From an uncultured Schleiferiaceae bacterium (lineage in GTDB: Bacteria; Bacteroidota; Bacteroidia; Flavobacteriales; Schleiferiaceae), in NCBI GenBank assembly GCA_965657195.1, contig CBFHNK010000002.1, positions 3,911 to 67,910 on the forward strand: DNA of 64,000 nucleotides, read 5' to 3'. The position numbers and the translations under genes are program-made. This document shows positions 8,330 to 18,151 of this stretch, in pieces; the stretch's first letter is position 1; each line of letters starts with the position of its first letter. Under the pieces are notes generated by a model. It made no database searches, was not told the origin of the DNA, and saw nothing but the letters and a program-made list of their open reading frames with translations.

Positions 8330-9285
8330 CCGCCAAAGACTTTCAAAGCGCCGAAGAAGTTCGCTGGTGCCCCGGCTGCGGCGACTACAGCATTCTGAAG
8401 CAGTTCACCGAGGTGCTTGCGAGCACGGGGTCTGATCCCGACCGCACCGTGGTGGTAAGCGGAATCGGCTGCAGCAGCCGCTTGCCCTACTATGTCGACA
8501 GCTACGGAATCCATTCGCTGCACGGCCGCGCCCCCGCGGTGGCCACTGGAATCAAGTTGGCGAACCCCGATCTCGACGTTTGGATCATCACCGGTGACGG
8601 CGATGCGCTGAGCATTGGAGGCAACCACCTCATTCACGCCCTTCGCCGCAACCTCAACGTGCCCATCTTGCTGTTCAACAACGAGATCTACGGGCTGACC
8701 AAGGGCCAGTTTTCGCCGACGAGCAAAGAGGGACAGGTGACGAAGTCGACCCCCCGCGGGAGCGTCGACCATCCGCTGAATCCGCTTACATTGGCGCTTG
8801 GAGCCGGTGCCACCTGGGTTGCCCGCAGCATGGACCGCAATCCGGCCCACCTTCGCGACCAGCTCGCCCAGAGTCAGGCCCACCAGGGTTCCGCGCTGCT
8901 CGAAATCTACCAAAACTGCAACGTCTTTCACGACGGTGCGTTTGAGGTTTGGACTGACAAATCCACACAGGCGCTGCATTCTGTATTTCTTGAGGCGGGC
9001 AAACCCATTGCCTGCGGCGGAACCGAGCCCACCCACGCCCTCGCGTGGAACGGAGGTCGGCCCGAAATCCGTGAGCTCGGATCCGAATTCAGCCTCGCGG
9101 ACGCTTGGGTGCACGACCCCTCAGATCGCCTTAAAGCCTTTGCCCTCGCTGCACTCGAGGGCCCGCTGCGCCCCTTTGGAGTGCTCTATGCCGCCGAACG
9201 CCCGGTCTTTGCGGCAAGCCACCAAGCCGGGACTCGCCCGCTTCACGATGTACTGTATTCCGGCCGCACCTGGACGGCAGAATAG
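8320..9285 (+). CDS. korB: 2-oxoglutarate/2-oxoacid:ferredoxin oxidoreductase subunit beta (TPP-binding)
   Basis: Carries WCPGCGDYSIL and the TPP motif GDGDALSIGGNH. 10-nt overlap with korA. Confidence 0.9.
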   Translation: MELTAKDFQSAEEVRWCPGCGDYSILKQFTEVLASTGSDPDRTVVVSGIGCSSRLPYYVDSYGIHSLHGRAPAVATGIKLANPDLDVWIITGDGDALSIGGNHLIHALRRNLNVPILLFNNEIYGLTKGQFSPTSKEGQVTKSTPRGSVDHPLNPLTLALGAGATWVARSMDRNPAHLRDQLAQSQAHQGSALLEIYQNCNVFHDGAFEVWTDKSTQALHSVFLEAGKPIACGGTEPTHALAWNGGRPEIRELGSEFSLADAWVHDPSDRLKAFALAALEGPLRPFGVLYAAERPVFAASHQAGTRPLHDVLYSGRTWTAE

Positions 9286-9340
9286 TCGGCCGCTGCCGTA
9301 GGTTTGCAGACCAAATACTACGAACGAACACACATTCCGC

Positions 9341-10069
9341 ATGGGACGCGCATTTGAATACCGCAAGGCTCGCAAAATGAAGCGTTGGTCCTCGATGGCC
9401 AAGGTTTTTACCCGCATCAGCAAAGACATCATCATGGCCGTCAAAGAGAGCGGCCCCAACCCTGAGGCCAATTCGCGCCTCAAGGCCTTGATGCAGAACG
9501 CCCGCGACGCCAACATGCCCAAGGACAACGTGGAACGCGCCATCAAGCGCGCTACGAGCAAGGATCAGGCGGACTACAAGGAGATGGTCTACGAAGGCTA
9601 CGGTCCGCACGGAATCGCCATCCTCGTCGAAACCGCCACCGACAACGCGACCCGCACCGTGGGCAACGTCCGCTCGTACTTCAATAAGTACAACGGAAGC
9701 CTCGGCACCAGCGGTTCCGTCGAGTTTATGTTTGAGCGCAAGTGCAACTTCAAAATCCCCAAAGGCACGATCGACCTCGAGGAGTTTGAGTTTGAGATGA
9801 TCGACTACGGCGTCGAAGAGCTCTTTATCGAGCACGACGAAGAGAAGAACGTGGACACCATCTTCATGTACGCGCCCTTCAGTGAGTACGGCGCCATCAC
9901 CAAGGCTCTTGAAGAGCGCGGAATCGAAATCCTCACCTCGGGTTTTGAGCGAATCCCGATGGACACCAAGACCGTGACGCCCGAGCAGCAGGCCGACGTC
10001 GAAAAGCTCCTCGAGAAGATCGAAGAAGACGAAGACGTCCAGGCAGTCTACCACACGATGGCTGGTTAA
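9341..10069 (+). CDS. YebC/PmpR-family DNA-binding regulatory protein
   Basis: Begins MGRAFEYRKARKMKRW and contains NMPKDNVERAIKRA. Full length at 242 aa. Confidence 0.92.
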   Translation: MGRAFEYRKARKMKRWSSMAKVFTRISKDIIMAVKESGPNPEANSRLKALMQNARDANMPKDNVERAIKRATSKDQADYKEMVYEGYGPHGIAILVETATDNATRTVGNVRSYFNKYNGSLGTSGSVEFMFERKCNFKIPKGTIDLEEFEFEMIDYGVEELFIEHDEEKNVDTIFMYAPFSEYGAITKALEERGIEILTSGFERIPMDTKTVTPEQQADVEKLLEKIEEDEDVQAVYHTMAG

Positions 10070-10143
10070 ACATTTAATGGTGACTGCGGTCACGCGCAGA
10101 TTTTGGCAGGTGGCGGAATTTTGCCTCACTAAAAAATCAAGCC

Positions 10144-10422
10144 ATGACCATTAACGAAGCCATAAATCATCCCAACGCCACCATTATTGACGTACGCAGT
10201 GAAGGCGAATTCGCCGGCGGCCACGTCAGCGGAGCAGTGAACATTCCCCTTCAAACGGTTCCGGACGAAGTCGAAGCCATTAAAGCCATGCCGCGGCCCA
10301 TCGTTCTGTGCTGTGCATCGGGCAACCGCAGCGGCCAAGCCCTGATGTACCTCCAAGCCCAAGGCCTCGACGGCCTCTTCAACGGCGGAGGTTGGGGACA
10401 AGTCCAAATTCACAAAATGTAA
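10144..10422 (+). CDS. single-domain rhodanese sulfurtransferase
   Basis: 92 aa with the active-site loop CCASGNRSG. Confidence 0.85.
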   Translation: MTINEAINHPNATIIDVRSEGEFAGGHVSGAVNIPLQTVPDEVEAIKAMPRPIVLCCASGNRSGQALMYLQAQGLDGLFNGGGWGQVQIHKM

Positions 10423-10430
10423 TTAGGGCC

Positions 10431-11090
10431 ATGTTTGGATTTCTAAAAAAACTATTCGCGCCGGCCGAGGACCCCAAAACATGGGTGGCCCGTGGCGCCA
10501 AAATCATTGACGTGCGGAGCCCTGGGGAATTTGCCTCAGGCCACGCACCGGGCGCCGTGAATATTCCGCTGGATCAGTTCGCGACCCAGGTTCCGAAAAA
10601 ATTCAAGGACAAGCACCAAGAATTTGTACTTTGCTGTGCATCGGGCAACCGCTCGGGAATGGCCAAATCGATTATGGAACAGAAAGGATTCACTCACGTA
10701 CTCAACGGCGGACCATGGACGCGCCTTCGCGCATGGATCGTCGGACTGCTCGTCTTTGCCTCGAGCGGAATCTTGTCCGCCCAAAACCTTGACGTCGCGT
10801 CGTTTGAGCGCGAGTCCAAAAAGGGTATCGTCGTGGACATTCGCACCCCAGGCGAAGTGGCCGAAGGCATGATTGCCGGCGCCAAGCACATCGACTTCTA
10901 CGATGCGGCCTTCATGACCAAGATGGCGGCACTCGGCAAGGACAAGCCCATCTACATGTACTGCCGGTCAGGTGGCCGCAGCGGTCAAGCGCTTTCAAAG
11001 CTCAAGGCGGCTGGCTTTACCAAGGTCTACCACCTTCAAGGCGGAATGGGAGCTTGGATGGCTGCCCGCAAACCAGTGGTTAAGAAATGA
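10431..11090 (+). CDS. two rhodanese domains joined by a hydrophobic signal-peptide-like segment
   Basis: ORF 10308..11090 trimmed to MFGFLKKLF. Domain 1 has the loop CCASGNRSG. Residues around 101-118 read [18 protein letters not shown]. Domain 2 has the loop YCRSGGRSG. Confidence 0.75.
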   Translation: MFGFLKKLFAPAEDPKTWVARGAKIIDVRSPGEFASGHAPGAVNIPLDQFATQVPKKFKDKHQEFVLCCASGNRSGMAKSIMEQKGFTHVLNGGPWTRLRAWIVGLLVFASSGILSAQNLDVASFERESKKGIVVDIRTPGEVAEGMIAGAKHIDFYDAAFMTKMAALGKDKPIYMYCRSGGRSGQALSKLKAAGFTKVYHLQGGMGAWMAARKPVVKK

Positions 11091-11392
11091 ACGCCAAGTT
11101 CAACGAACTCGTTGGTGGGGACGACCCCGTCCTTGTAGATTTTTTCGCAGAATGGTGCGGGCCGTGCAAGAGCATGGCTCCCATTCTGGTGGAACTACAC
11201 CGACTTATGGAGGGGCGCCTTCGCATCGTCAAAATTGACGTAGACCGCAACCCTTCGGTGGCTCAGACCTACCGAATTCAGGGTGTGCCCACGTTGGCAC
11301 TCTTTCGCAACGGTGAGGTGCTGTGGCGCCAGTCGGGCGTTGTTCCCGCGGCCGCGCTTCAGCGTACGCTCGAGCCCTTTTTGAATCGCTGA
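11087..11392 (+). CDS. trxA: thioredoxin
   Basis: Contains the WCGPC active site. ATGA overlap with the upstream rhodanese gene. Confidence 0.9.
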   Translation: MNAKFNELVGGDDPVLVDFFAEWCGPCKSMAPILVELHRLMEGRLRIVKIDVDRNPSVAQTYRIQGVPTLALFRNGEVLWRQSGVVPAAALQRTLEPFLNR

Positions 11393-11757
11393 TTCGGAGC
11401 CTGAACGGCAAATGCCGTCGGGAAGCGTGCGCGCCACTTGCGCAGGGCGTATTCGGCTTCAAGCCGACTTCCGTACACTCCTACAAAAACTTTAAACTGT
11501 GGCTCGTCAAAGTGCAGGACCACCGGAACCACGGCCCCCACTGAATCCGTGAGGCGGGCATACACCGCATTGGCGTCCGCGCGGCGTCCGGCGTACACCT
11601 GAACACTGTAGCGCTCGGCCCCCTGGCTACCGCTTGCATTTCGCGCGGATTTCTGGGCGTTCGCACTTGACTCCCAGTAGGAATGAAGGGCTGATCCGCG
11701 ACCAGTGATCACTGAATCCGAGGTAGTGAGGTGAAGCGCGAGGATTAGAGCAATCAT
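11359..11757 (-). CDS. SPOR (peptidoglycan-binding) domain protein
   Basis: C-terminal [20 protein letters not shown]...[21 protein letters not shown] matches the SPOR repeat pattern. The 3' end overlaps trxA by 34 nt in convergent orientation. Confidence 0.6.
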   Translation of the reverse strand: MIALILALHLTTSDSVITGRGSALHSYWESSANAQKSARNASGSQGAERYSVQVYAGRRADANAVYARLTDSVGAVVPVVLHFDEPQFKVFVGVYGSRLEAEYALRKWRARFPTAFAVQAPNQRFKKGSSVR

Positions 11758-11762
11758 GAGTT

Positions 11763-11770
11763 CAAAAGTA
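11763..11770 (-). promoter_or_regulatory. -7 box TACTTTTG, 5 nt before the ATG at 11757
   Basis: Reverse strand reads TACTTTTG-AACTC-ATG. Confidence 0.45.
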
Positions 11771-11873
11771 GCGGAATTTTTTGAGGCTGCATCTGTGAAG
11801 CACGCTTGTTTAGAACGGTTTTAAATTAAAAATGCCTATGCCGGGAATAATTATGCCCGACCTCGTTCTGTCG

Positions 11874-11881
11874 TACTTTTG
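11874..11881 (+). promoter_or_regulatory. -7 box TACTTTTG for the ACIII/cox operon (about 33-nt leader)
   Basis: Perfect TAnnTTTG, 33 nt upstream of the ATG at 11915. Confidence 0.45.
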
Positions 11882-11914
11882 CGGAGCTTTAAAAGCAACA
11901 GATTACACCACAGT

Positions 11915-13210
11915 ATGCGCATGCGTTTCTCACCAATTGCTTCGCTGATTCGACGCTCGTTTCTTACGATTCTGTCAATCAGTCTATTAAGCATATCTGC
12001 CTCGGGCGAGGTCAGCGCCGAAGCCGGCAAAAAACTATTTAAAGCGAACTGTGCGAGCTGCCACAAGCTCGACAAGAAGCTCGTGGGTCCAGCCCTCGGC
12101 GACGTGACCCAGCGTCGCTCAGAGGAATGGCTCCTCAAGTGGATTCGCAACAATGCGGAGTTTCGCGCCTCAGGCGATCGGGACGCGATTGCCATATTTG
12201 AAGAGTACGGAGGTTCAGTCATGCAGGCATTCCCGGCGTTGACCGACGACGACATCAAGAGCATTCTTGCCTACACCATTGAGGGCGACAAAAAGGCGGC
12301 ACCTGCACCGGCTGCTGACGCGGTAGCCGCACCAGCAGAAGGCGGGGACTCGTCATCACCGTGGTTGGTGTACCTCCTTGGCGGATTCTTGCTCATCAAC
12401 TTGTACTTGCTGCTTCGTGTGCGCAACACGCTCAAGCAACTAAACGGAGAGGATCCCACGAATCTGGTTGAGGACCTTGGCGTATTTAGCCGCATTCTGG
12501 TTGCCAACAAGCGCTTCATGACCTTCTTGACTGTGGTTGTGGCGTTGGGCTTCTTGTATGCGTTGTACAGCTTCCTCATGGGTATCGGCGTGGAGCAGAA
12601 CTACCAGCCCGCTCAGCCTATTGCCTTCAGTCACAAGATTCACGCGGGTGAGAACGGCGTGGACTGCAACTACTGCCACAGCAGCGCACGCCACAGCAAG
12701 CATTCGGGTATTCCTTCGGCGAACGTGTGTATGAACTGCCACATGTACATCGACGGCTCAGAGGTCGTGGACGCTTCCGGTAACCTTAAGTATGGTGGCG
12801 AGCGCTCTCCTGAAATCGCCAAGATTTACGCCGCAATCGGCTGGGATCCTGAGGCGCGGACCTACATCGAGGGCTACGAGCAAAAGCCAATCCAGTGGAT
12901 TCGCATTCACAACCTGCCTGACTTGGCCTACTTTAACCACGCCCAGCACGTTAATGCCGGCCAGATCGAGTGCCAGACCTGCCACGGTCCGGTACAAGAG
13001 ATGGAAGAACTATACCAGTTCAGCGAACTCACGATGGGATGGTGCATCAACTGCCACCGCGAAACCGAAATCAAGGGAGACAACGGCTACTACGCGGGTT
13101 CGATTGACGGTTCCGCCTCAATTAGCGACCGCCTTGTCGAGCGCTTCCACGATGAAAAAATTACGGCTGCTAACATTGGCGGCCTCGAATGCGGCAAGTG
13201 CCACTACTAA
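11915..13210 (+). CDS. actA: Alternative Complex III multihaem cytochrome c subunit ActA (6 CxxCH)
   Basis: ORF 11879 (TTG) trimmed to the ATG. Six CxxCH motifs: CASCH, CNYCH, CMNCH, CQTCH, CINCH and CGKCH. Confidence 0.85.
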   Translation: MRMRFSPIASLIRRSFLTILSISLLSISASGEVSAEAGKKLFKANCASCHKLDKKLVGPALGDVTQRRSEEWLLKWIRNNAEFRASGDRDAIAIFEEYGGSVMQAFPALTDDDIKSILAYTIEGDKKAAPAPAADAVAAPAEGGDSSSPWLVYLLGGFLLINLYLLLRVRNTLKQLNGEDPTNLVEDLGVFSRILVANKRFMTFLTVVVALGFLYALYSFLMGIGVEQNYQPAQPIAFSHKIHAGENGVDCNYCHSSARHSKHSGIPSANVCMNCHMYIDGSEVVDASGNLKYGGERSPEIAKIYAAIGWDPEARTYIEGYEQKPIQWIRIHNLPDLAYFNHAQHVNAGQIECQTCHGPVQEMEELYQFSELTMGWCINCHRETEIKGDNGYYAGSIDGSASISDRLVERFHDEKITAANIGGLECGKCHY

Positions 13211-13222
13211 GCGAACAATCCT

Positions 13223-16200
13223 ATGGCAAGTAATAAAGTGTACTGGAAGAGCTTCGACCAGCTCGCGAACACCGAAGTTTCGCAGCGTCTGGCCGAAAAC
13301 GAATTCGCACAAGACATTCCGGCCGACGTCTTTTTGGCCGACGAGCGCAGCATGGAAGCTCAAACGAGCCGCCGTGACTTTTTGAAGTTCTTGGGCTTCA
13401 GCACCGCCGCCGCCACCTTGGCTGCGTGCGAGCAACCCATTATTGAGAGCGTACCTTACGTAGTGAAGCCGGATAGCCTGACTCCAGGCGTTCCGTCGTT
13501 CTATGCCACGGCCTATACCGACGGTCAGGACTACGCATCAGTTTTAGTCAAGACGCGTGAGGGTCGCCCCATTAAGATTGAGCCCGGTGACGCAGGCCGT
13601 TTTAACCGCGGAACCAACGCCCGTGCACAAGCCAGCGTGCTTTCGCTGTACGACTCAGCTCGCCTGCGCGGTCCCGTTTTGAACGGCAAAGAGAGTGACT
13701 GGTCGACCGTTGAAGCCTCGCTGAAGAAGGCCGCCGACGCCGCCTTAGCCCAAGGCACCCAGTTTGTTCTGTTGACCTCGAGCGTCTTCAGTCCTTCACT
13801 TCAAGCTGCGATTGAGCGCCTGCGCCAAGCGTATGCCAACTTCCAGCACGTCGAACTCGACGCGGTGTCTCAGTCCAACAACTTGGACGTGTGGGAATCG
13901 CTCATCGGAGTTCGCGCCCTTCCGTACGTTGACCTAACCGCTGCCAATTTGGTGGTGTCGTTCGGTAGCGACTTTTTGGGAGGTGGAATGGCCCAGCAAC
14001 TTAGCAGCGACTACGCAACGCGCCGCAAGCCAGGTTCGGGTATGCTTCGCCACGTTGAGCTCGAGAGCAATCTGTCGCTCACTGGTTCGAACGCCGACAA
14101 GCGTGTAAAAGTCAAGCCATCTGAAGTTTCAGGTGCGTTGGCGTACCTCGTGAATGCACTCGGCGGATCTGCCTCTAAGGTTGCGCTTCGCGACGACCTT
14201 ACTAAGGCCCTGAAGGCACTTGCCGGAGAGCTCAAGGCCGCAAACGGCAAAGCCGTGGTCCTCGTGGGAGGTGACGATGCGAACCAAGCAAAGCTTTCTG
14301 CGGCGCTCAACGCATTGGTCGGAGCCTTCGGCGCTACTCTGCGCACCGACAAGCCCGTATACATCCGTCGTGGAAACGAGGCACGCGTCGCCAACCTCAT
14401 TGGTGACCTCAACGCCAAGCGCGTTGGCGCCCTTTTGGTGGCTGGAACCAATCCTGTCTACTTCCGCCCCGACTTTGCAGAGGCGATCAAGTCTGCAACC
14501 TTCAGTTGGGCCCTGACCGACCGCATGGACGAGACGGCGCAACTGTGTACGGCTGCTGCTCCTGAGCCGCACTACCTCGAGGCATGGGGAGACTTCCGCC
14601 CAGTAGCTGGCGAGTACACGGTGGCTCAGCCAACTATTAAGAATCTGTTCAACAGCAAGGCCCTCCTCGAGGTCCTCGGAGCCCTCTCGGGCGATAGCCG
14701 CTCGGCCAAAGACCAAGTTGCCGCTGCAGCCACAGCGATGGGATTGAACTGGAACCAAACCCTTCACGATGGCGGCGCTGCCGTTGCTTTAGGTTCGGTT
14801 GCTGGTGCCTCAGCTGGATCCGCCGTCTCACTCGCTTCAAGCGCTAAAGTTGCCAAGCCTGCTTCAGGAATGGAGCTTGCGTTCTATGAGAACGCCGTGG
14901 GCGCGGGCTTCCAAGCCAATAACCCTTGGCTGCACGAGCTGCCCGATCCTGTGACCCGCCTCACGTGGGATAACTACTTGACCATGGCTGCCGTCGATGC
15001 GCTCGCCCTTGGTTTTGAGAACGAAACCAACAGCGACGGTTCACTCGACGGAAGCTACGCGACCGTCAAAGTGGGCAATCGCGTCCTCGAAAACGTTCCG
15101 GTATTCATTCAGCCTGGCCAAACCGCAGGTACTGTAGGTCTGGCCTACGGCTACGGACGTACCGCCGCAGGTAAGGTTGCCGATGCGATGGGCGTCAATG
15201 CCTATGCCCTTGGGGTAACCACCGGTTCCGCAAACGTTGAAATCACGAAGGCTGAGGACATGCACGAGTTCGCCACGGTGCAGCTCGGCAACACGATGAT
15301 GGGCCGCCGAATTGTCAATGAGGTCAGCCTCGCAGACTTTATCGCCGACCCGAGCGGTGAAAGCTGGAACGAGAAGCCGACCTTCCATACGATCGACGGA
15401 ACAAAGACTTCGGACGAAGCAAACCTGTGGGCCGACCACGACCACGAGACAATGCACATGTGGAACATGAGCATTGACCTCAACAGCTGTACGGGTTGTG
15501 GAGCCTGCGTCGTAGCCTGCCACATTGAGAACAACGTCCCGGTTGTGGGCAAGCAAGAGATCCGCAACCTACGCGATATGCACTGGCTGCGCATCGACCG
15601 CTACTACAGCAGCGACATGAGCAAAGAGCGCGCTGAAGATGAGAACATTGGCGGAATCGAGATGTACGCCAAGATGGAGGAGCCTTCAGAGTCGCCATCA
15701 GTGGTGTTCCAGCCCGTGATGTGCCAGCACTGCAACCACGCTCCGTGTGAGACGGTATGTCCTGTGGGTGCTACCGTGCACTCGCGCGAAGGCCTCAACC
15801 ACATGGCCTACAACCGCTGCATTGGTACGCGCTACTGTGCGAACAACTGTCCGTACAAGGTTCGCCGCTTCAACTGGTTCAACTACATGGCGAACGAGCA
15901 GTTTGCCGACGTAAACCCTGCACAGGACGACTACGGCCGCATGGTCCTCAACCCTGACGTGACCGTGCGTTCACGCGGTGTGATGGAGAAGTGCACGATG
16001 TGCATCCAACGCGTCCAGTACGCCAAGCTCGAAGCCAAGAAGGCCGGCCAGCCGGTCGCCGACGGAGCCTTCACCACTGCCTGTGCGGAAGCATGCGACA
16101 GCGGAGCCATCACGTTTGGCGACGTCAACAACATGAAGAGCGCCGTACGTTCCGCCAAAGCGGACGCCCGTGCGTACCACCTCCTTGAGGAAGTGGGCAC

Positions 16201-16243
16201 TCAGCCTTCAGTATTCTACATGACTAAAGTTCGCAACGCCTAA
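13223..16243 (+). CDS. actB: ACIII subunit ActB (molybdopterin-oxidoreductase-like + 4Fe-4S ferredoxin domains)
   Basis: Tat signal [21 protein letters not shown]. Several Cys clusters ([32 protein letters not shown]). Confidence 0.9.
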   Translation: MASNKVYWKSFDQLANTEVSQRLAENEFAQDIPADVFLADERSMEAQTSRRDFLKFLGFSTAAATLAACEQPIIESVPYVVKPDSLTPGVPSFYATAYTDGQDYASVLVKTREGRPIKIEPGDAGRFNRGTNARAQASVLSLYDSARLRGPVLNGKESDWSTVEASLKKAADAALAQGTQFVLLTSSVFSPSLQAAIERLRQAYANFQHVELDAVSQSNNLDVWESLIGVRALPYVDLTAANLVVSFGSDFLGGGMAQQLSSDYATRRKPGSGMLRHVELESNLSLTGSNADKRVKVKPSEVSGALAYLVNALGGSASKVALRDDLTKALKALAGELKAANGKAVVLVGGDDANQAKLSAALNALVGAFGATLRTDKPVYIRRGNEARVANLIGDLNAKRVGALLVAGTNPVYFRPDFAEAIKSATFSWALTDRMDETAQLCTAAAPEPHYLEAWGDFRPVAGEYTVAQPTIKNLFNSKALLEVLGALSGDSRSAKDQVAAAATAMGLNWNQTLHDGGAAVALGSVAGASAGSAVSLASSAKVAKPASGMELAFYENAVGAGFQANNPWLHELPDPVTRLTWDNYLTMAAVDALALGFENETNSDGSLDGSYATVKVGNRVLENVPVFIQPGQTAGTVGLAYGYGRTAAGKVADAMGVNAYALGVTTGSANVEITKAEDMHEFATVQLGNTMMGRRIVNEVSLADFIADPSGESWNEKPTFHTIDGTKTSDEANLWADHDHETMHMWNMSIDLNSCTGCGACVVACHIENNVPVVGKQEIRNLRDMHWLRIDRYYSSDMSKERAEDENIGGIEMYAKMEEPSESPSVVFQPVMCQHCNHAPCETVCPVGATVHSREGLNHMAYNRCIGTRYCANNCPYKVRRFNWFNYMANEQFADVNPAQDDYGRMVLNPDVTVRSRGVMEKCTMCIQRVQYAKLEAKKAGQPVADGAFTTACAEACDSGAITFGDVNNMKSAVRSAKADARAYHLLEEVGTQPSVFYMTKVRNA

Positions 16244-16249
16244 CCTGTT

Positions 16250-17641
16250 ATGCACTACGAATCACCTGTACGTCAGCCGCTTATCCTAGGCGATAAGAGC
16301 TACAACCAGATTACCGAAGACGTCGTTCGTCCAATTGAGAGTGCTGCCCCCCGCTCGTGGTGGATGGTATTCAGCATCGCGCTGGTCATGTTCCTTTGGG
16401 GCGTGGGCTGCCTCGCGTACACGGTCGGAACCGGTATCGGTGTCTGGGGCCTTAACAAGACCGTGGGCTGGGCTTGGGACATCACCAACTTTGTATGGTG
16501 GGTCGGAATCGGACACGCCGGAACCCTCATCTCTGCTGTACTGTTGCTGTTCCGTCAGCGCTGGCGCATGGCGATCAACCGCTCAGCAGAAGCAATGACT
16601 ATATTCTCGGTCATTCAGGCAGGTTTGTTCCCCGTATTCCACATGGGTCGGGTATGGATGGCCTACTGGGTTCTACCTATCCCGAACCAGTACGGCTCGC
16701 TGTGGGTGAACTTCAACTCACCGCTCCTTTGGGACGTATTTGCGATCTCGACCTACTTGTCGGTTTCGGTGGTGTTCTGGTACGTCGGACTCATTCCTGA
16801 CTTTGCCATGGTCCGCGACCGCGCAGTAAACCCAGTTCAAAAGCACATCTACAAGATCCTTTCATTCGGATGGGGTGGTAAGGCCAAGGCGTGGCAGCGC
16901 TTCGAAGAAGTGTCTTTGGTGCTCGCCGGTTTGGCGACTCCGCTGGTACTTTCGGTCCACACCATCGTATCGATGGACTTTGCGACGTCGGTGATTCCGG
17001 GATGGCACACGACCATCTTCCCTCCGTACTTCGTTGCGGGTGCCATCTTCTCGGGCTTCGCCATGGTACAAACCCTGCTGCTCATTGTGCGCAAGGTGTT
17101 CAAGATGGAAGACTACATCACGGTGCAGCATATTGAAATGATGAATATCGTTATCATGGTGACCGGTTCGATTGTAGGTGTGGCCTACATCACGGAGCTC
17201 TTCATTGCCTGGTACAGTGGTGTGGAGTACGAGCAGTACGCGTTCTTGAACCGTGCCACCGGTCCCTACTGGTGGGCATACTGGTCGATGATGACCTGCA
17301 ACGTATTCAGCCCACAGTTTATGTGGTTCAAGAAGTTGCGCACCAACCTGGTGTTCACCTTCGTGATTTCGATTGTCGTGAACATCGGAATGTGGTTTGA
17401 GCGCTTCGTCATCATTGTGACTTCGCTGCACCGCGACTACCTGCCTTCGAGCTGGTCGATGTTCTCACCTTCGTTTGTCGACGTGGGCATCTTCGTGGGC
17501 ACCATCGGATTCTTCTTTGTCCTCTTCTTGCTGTACGCCCGCACCTTCCCGGTAATCGCTCAGGCGGAACTCAAGACTATTTTGAAAACTTCGGGCGAAG
17601 CCCAGAAAAAACACCACAGCGACCATGGCGCACACCACTGA
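16250..17641 (+). CDS. actC: ACIII quinol-oxidising membrane subunit ActC (NrfD/PsrC family)
   Basis: Polytopic membrane protein in the conserved position after actB. His-rich C-terminus KKHHSDHGAHH. Confidence 0.88.
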   Translation: MHYESPVRQPLILGDKSYNQITEDVVRPIESAAPRSWWMVFSIALVMFLWGVGCLAYTVGTGIGVWGLNKTVGWAWDITNFVWWVGIGHAGTLISAVLLLFRQRWRMAINRSAEAMTIFSVIQAGLFPVFHMGRVWMAYWVLPIPNQYGSLWVNFNSPLLWDVFAISTYLSVSVVFWYVGLIPDFAMVRDRAVNPVQKHIYKILSFGWGGKAKAWQRFEEVSLVLAGLATPLVLSVHTIVSMDFATSVIPGWHTTIFPPYFVAGAIFSGFAMVQTLLLIVRKVFKMEDYITVQHIEMMNIVIMVTGSIVGVAYITELFIAWYSGVEYEQYAFLNRATGPYWWAYWSMMTCNVFSPQFMWFKKLRTNLVFTFVISIVVNIGMWFERFVIIVTSLHRDYLPSSWSMFSPSFVDVGIFVGTIGFFFVLFLLYARTFPVIAQAELKTILKTSGEAQKKHHSDHGAHH

Positions 17642-18146
17642 GCCTACCCCGGTAGTCCGCGCGTTGTACCACGATGACGACGTGCTCATCTCGGCCGTGA
17701 AGGAGATCCGCGCGGCTGGATACACGATTTCTGAAGTCTACACTCCGTTCCCGGTGCACGGGCTCGACAAGGCCATGGGCCTTAAAGAGACGCGCATCGC
17801 CATGGCGGCGTTCATGTACGGCGTACTCGGTTTGACCGTGGCCGTGACCTTAACGTGGTACATGATGATCAGCGACTGGCCTCAAAATATTGGTGGCAAG
17901 CCCAACTACAACTGGGGCATGAATATGCCGGCTTTTGTGCCCATCTTGTTTGAGTTGACCGTGTTCTTTGCGGCCCACTTGATGGTGTGGACTTATCTGA
18001 TCATTAACGGTTTGTACCCTGGATCTGACGCCCAGAATCCAGACCCCCGTACCACTGACGACCACTTCATGGTAGAGCTTCCTGCGGCCGATGGCCTCGT
18101 GGACGTACTCAAGAAGTCGGGTGCTGTAGAAATTGCTGAAGCCTAA
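17625..18146 (+). CDS. actD: ACIII subunit ActD (DUF3341-like)
   Basis: 173 aa with two TM segments. 17-nt overlap with actC. Conserved operon position. Confidence 0.8.
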   Translation: MAHTTEPTPVVRALYHDDDVLISAVKEIRAAGYTISEVYTPFPVHGLDKAMGLKETRIAMAAFMYGVLGLTVAVTLTWYMMISDWPQNIGGKPNYNWGMNMPAFVPILFELTVFFAAHLMVWTYLIINGLYPGSDAQNPDPRTTDDHFMVELPAADGLVDVLKKSGAVEIAEA

Positions 18147-18151
18147 GCGAT

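Noticed and set aside
8221-10129. Long antisense ORFs 8221..9114(-) and 9131..10129(-), of 297 and 332 aa
   Set aside because: They lie entirely opposite korB and the yebC-family gene, both of which have unmistakable family motifs. The antisense translations are low-complexity (Gly/Arg/Val/Ala-rich). These are typical shadow ORFs of high-GC coding DNA.
10720-10800. Hidden frameshift or missed stop separating the two rhodanese domains of 10431..11090
   Set aside because: I translated all three forward frames across the junction. There is no in-frame stop, and neither alternative frame gives a plausible C-terminus or a signal-peptide start. I therefore keep it as a real fusion, with re-sequencing as the test.
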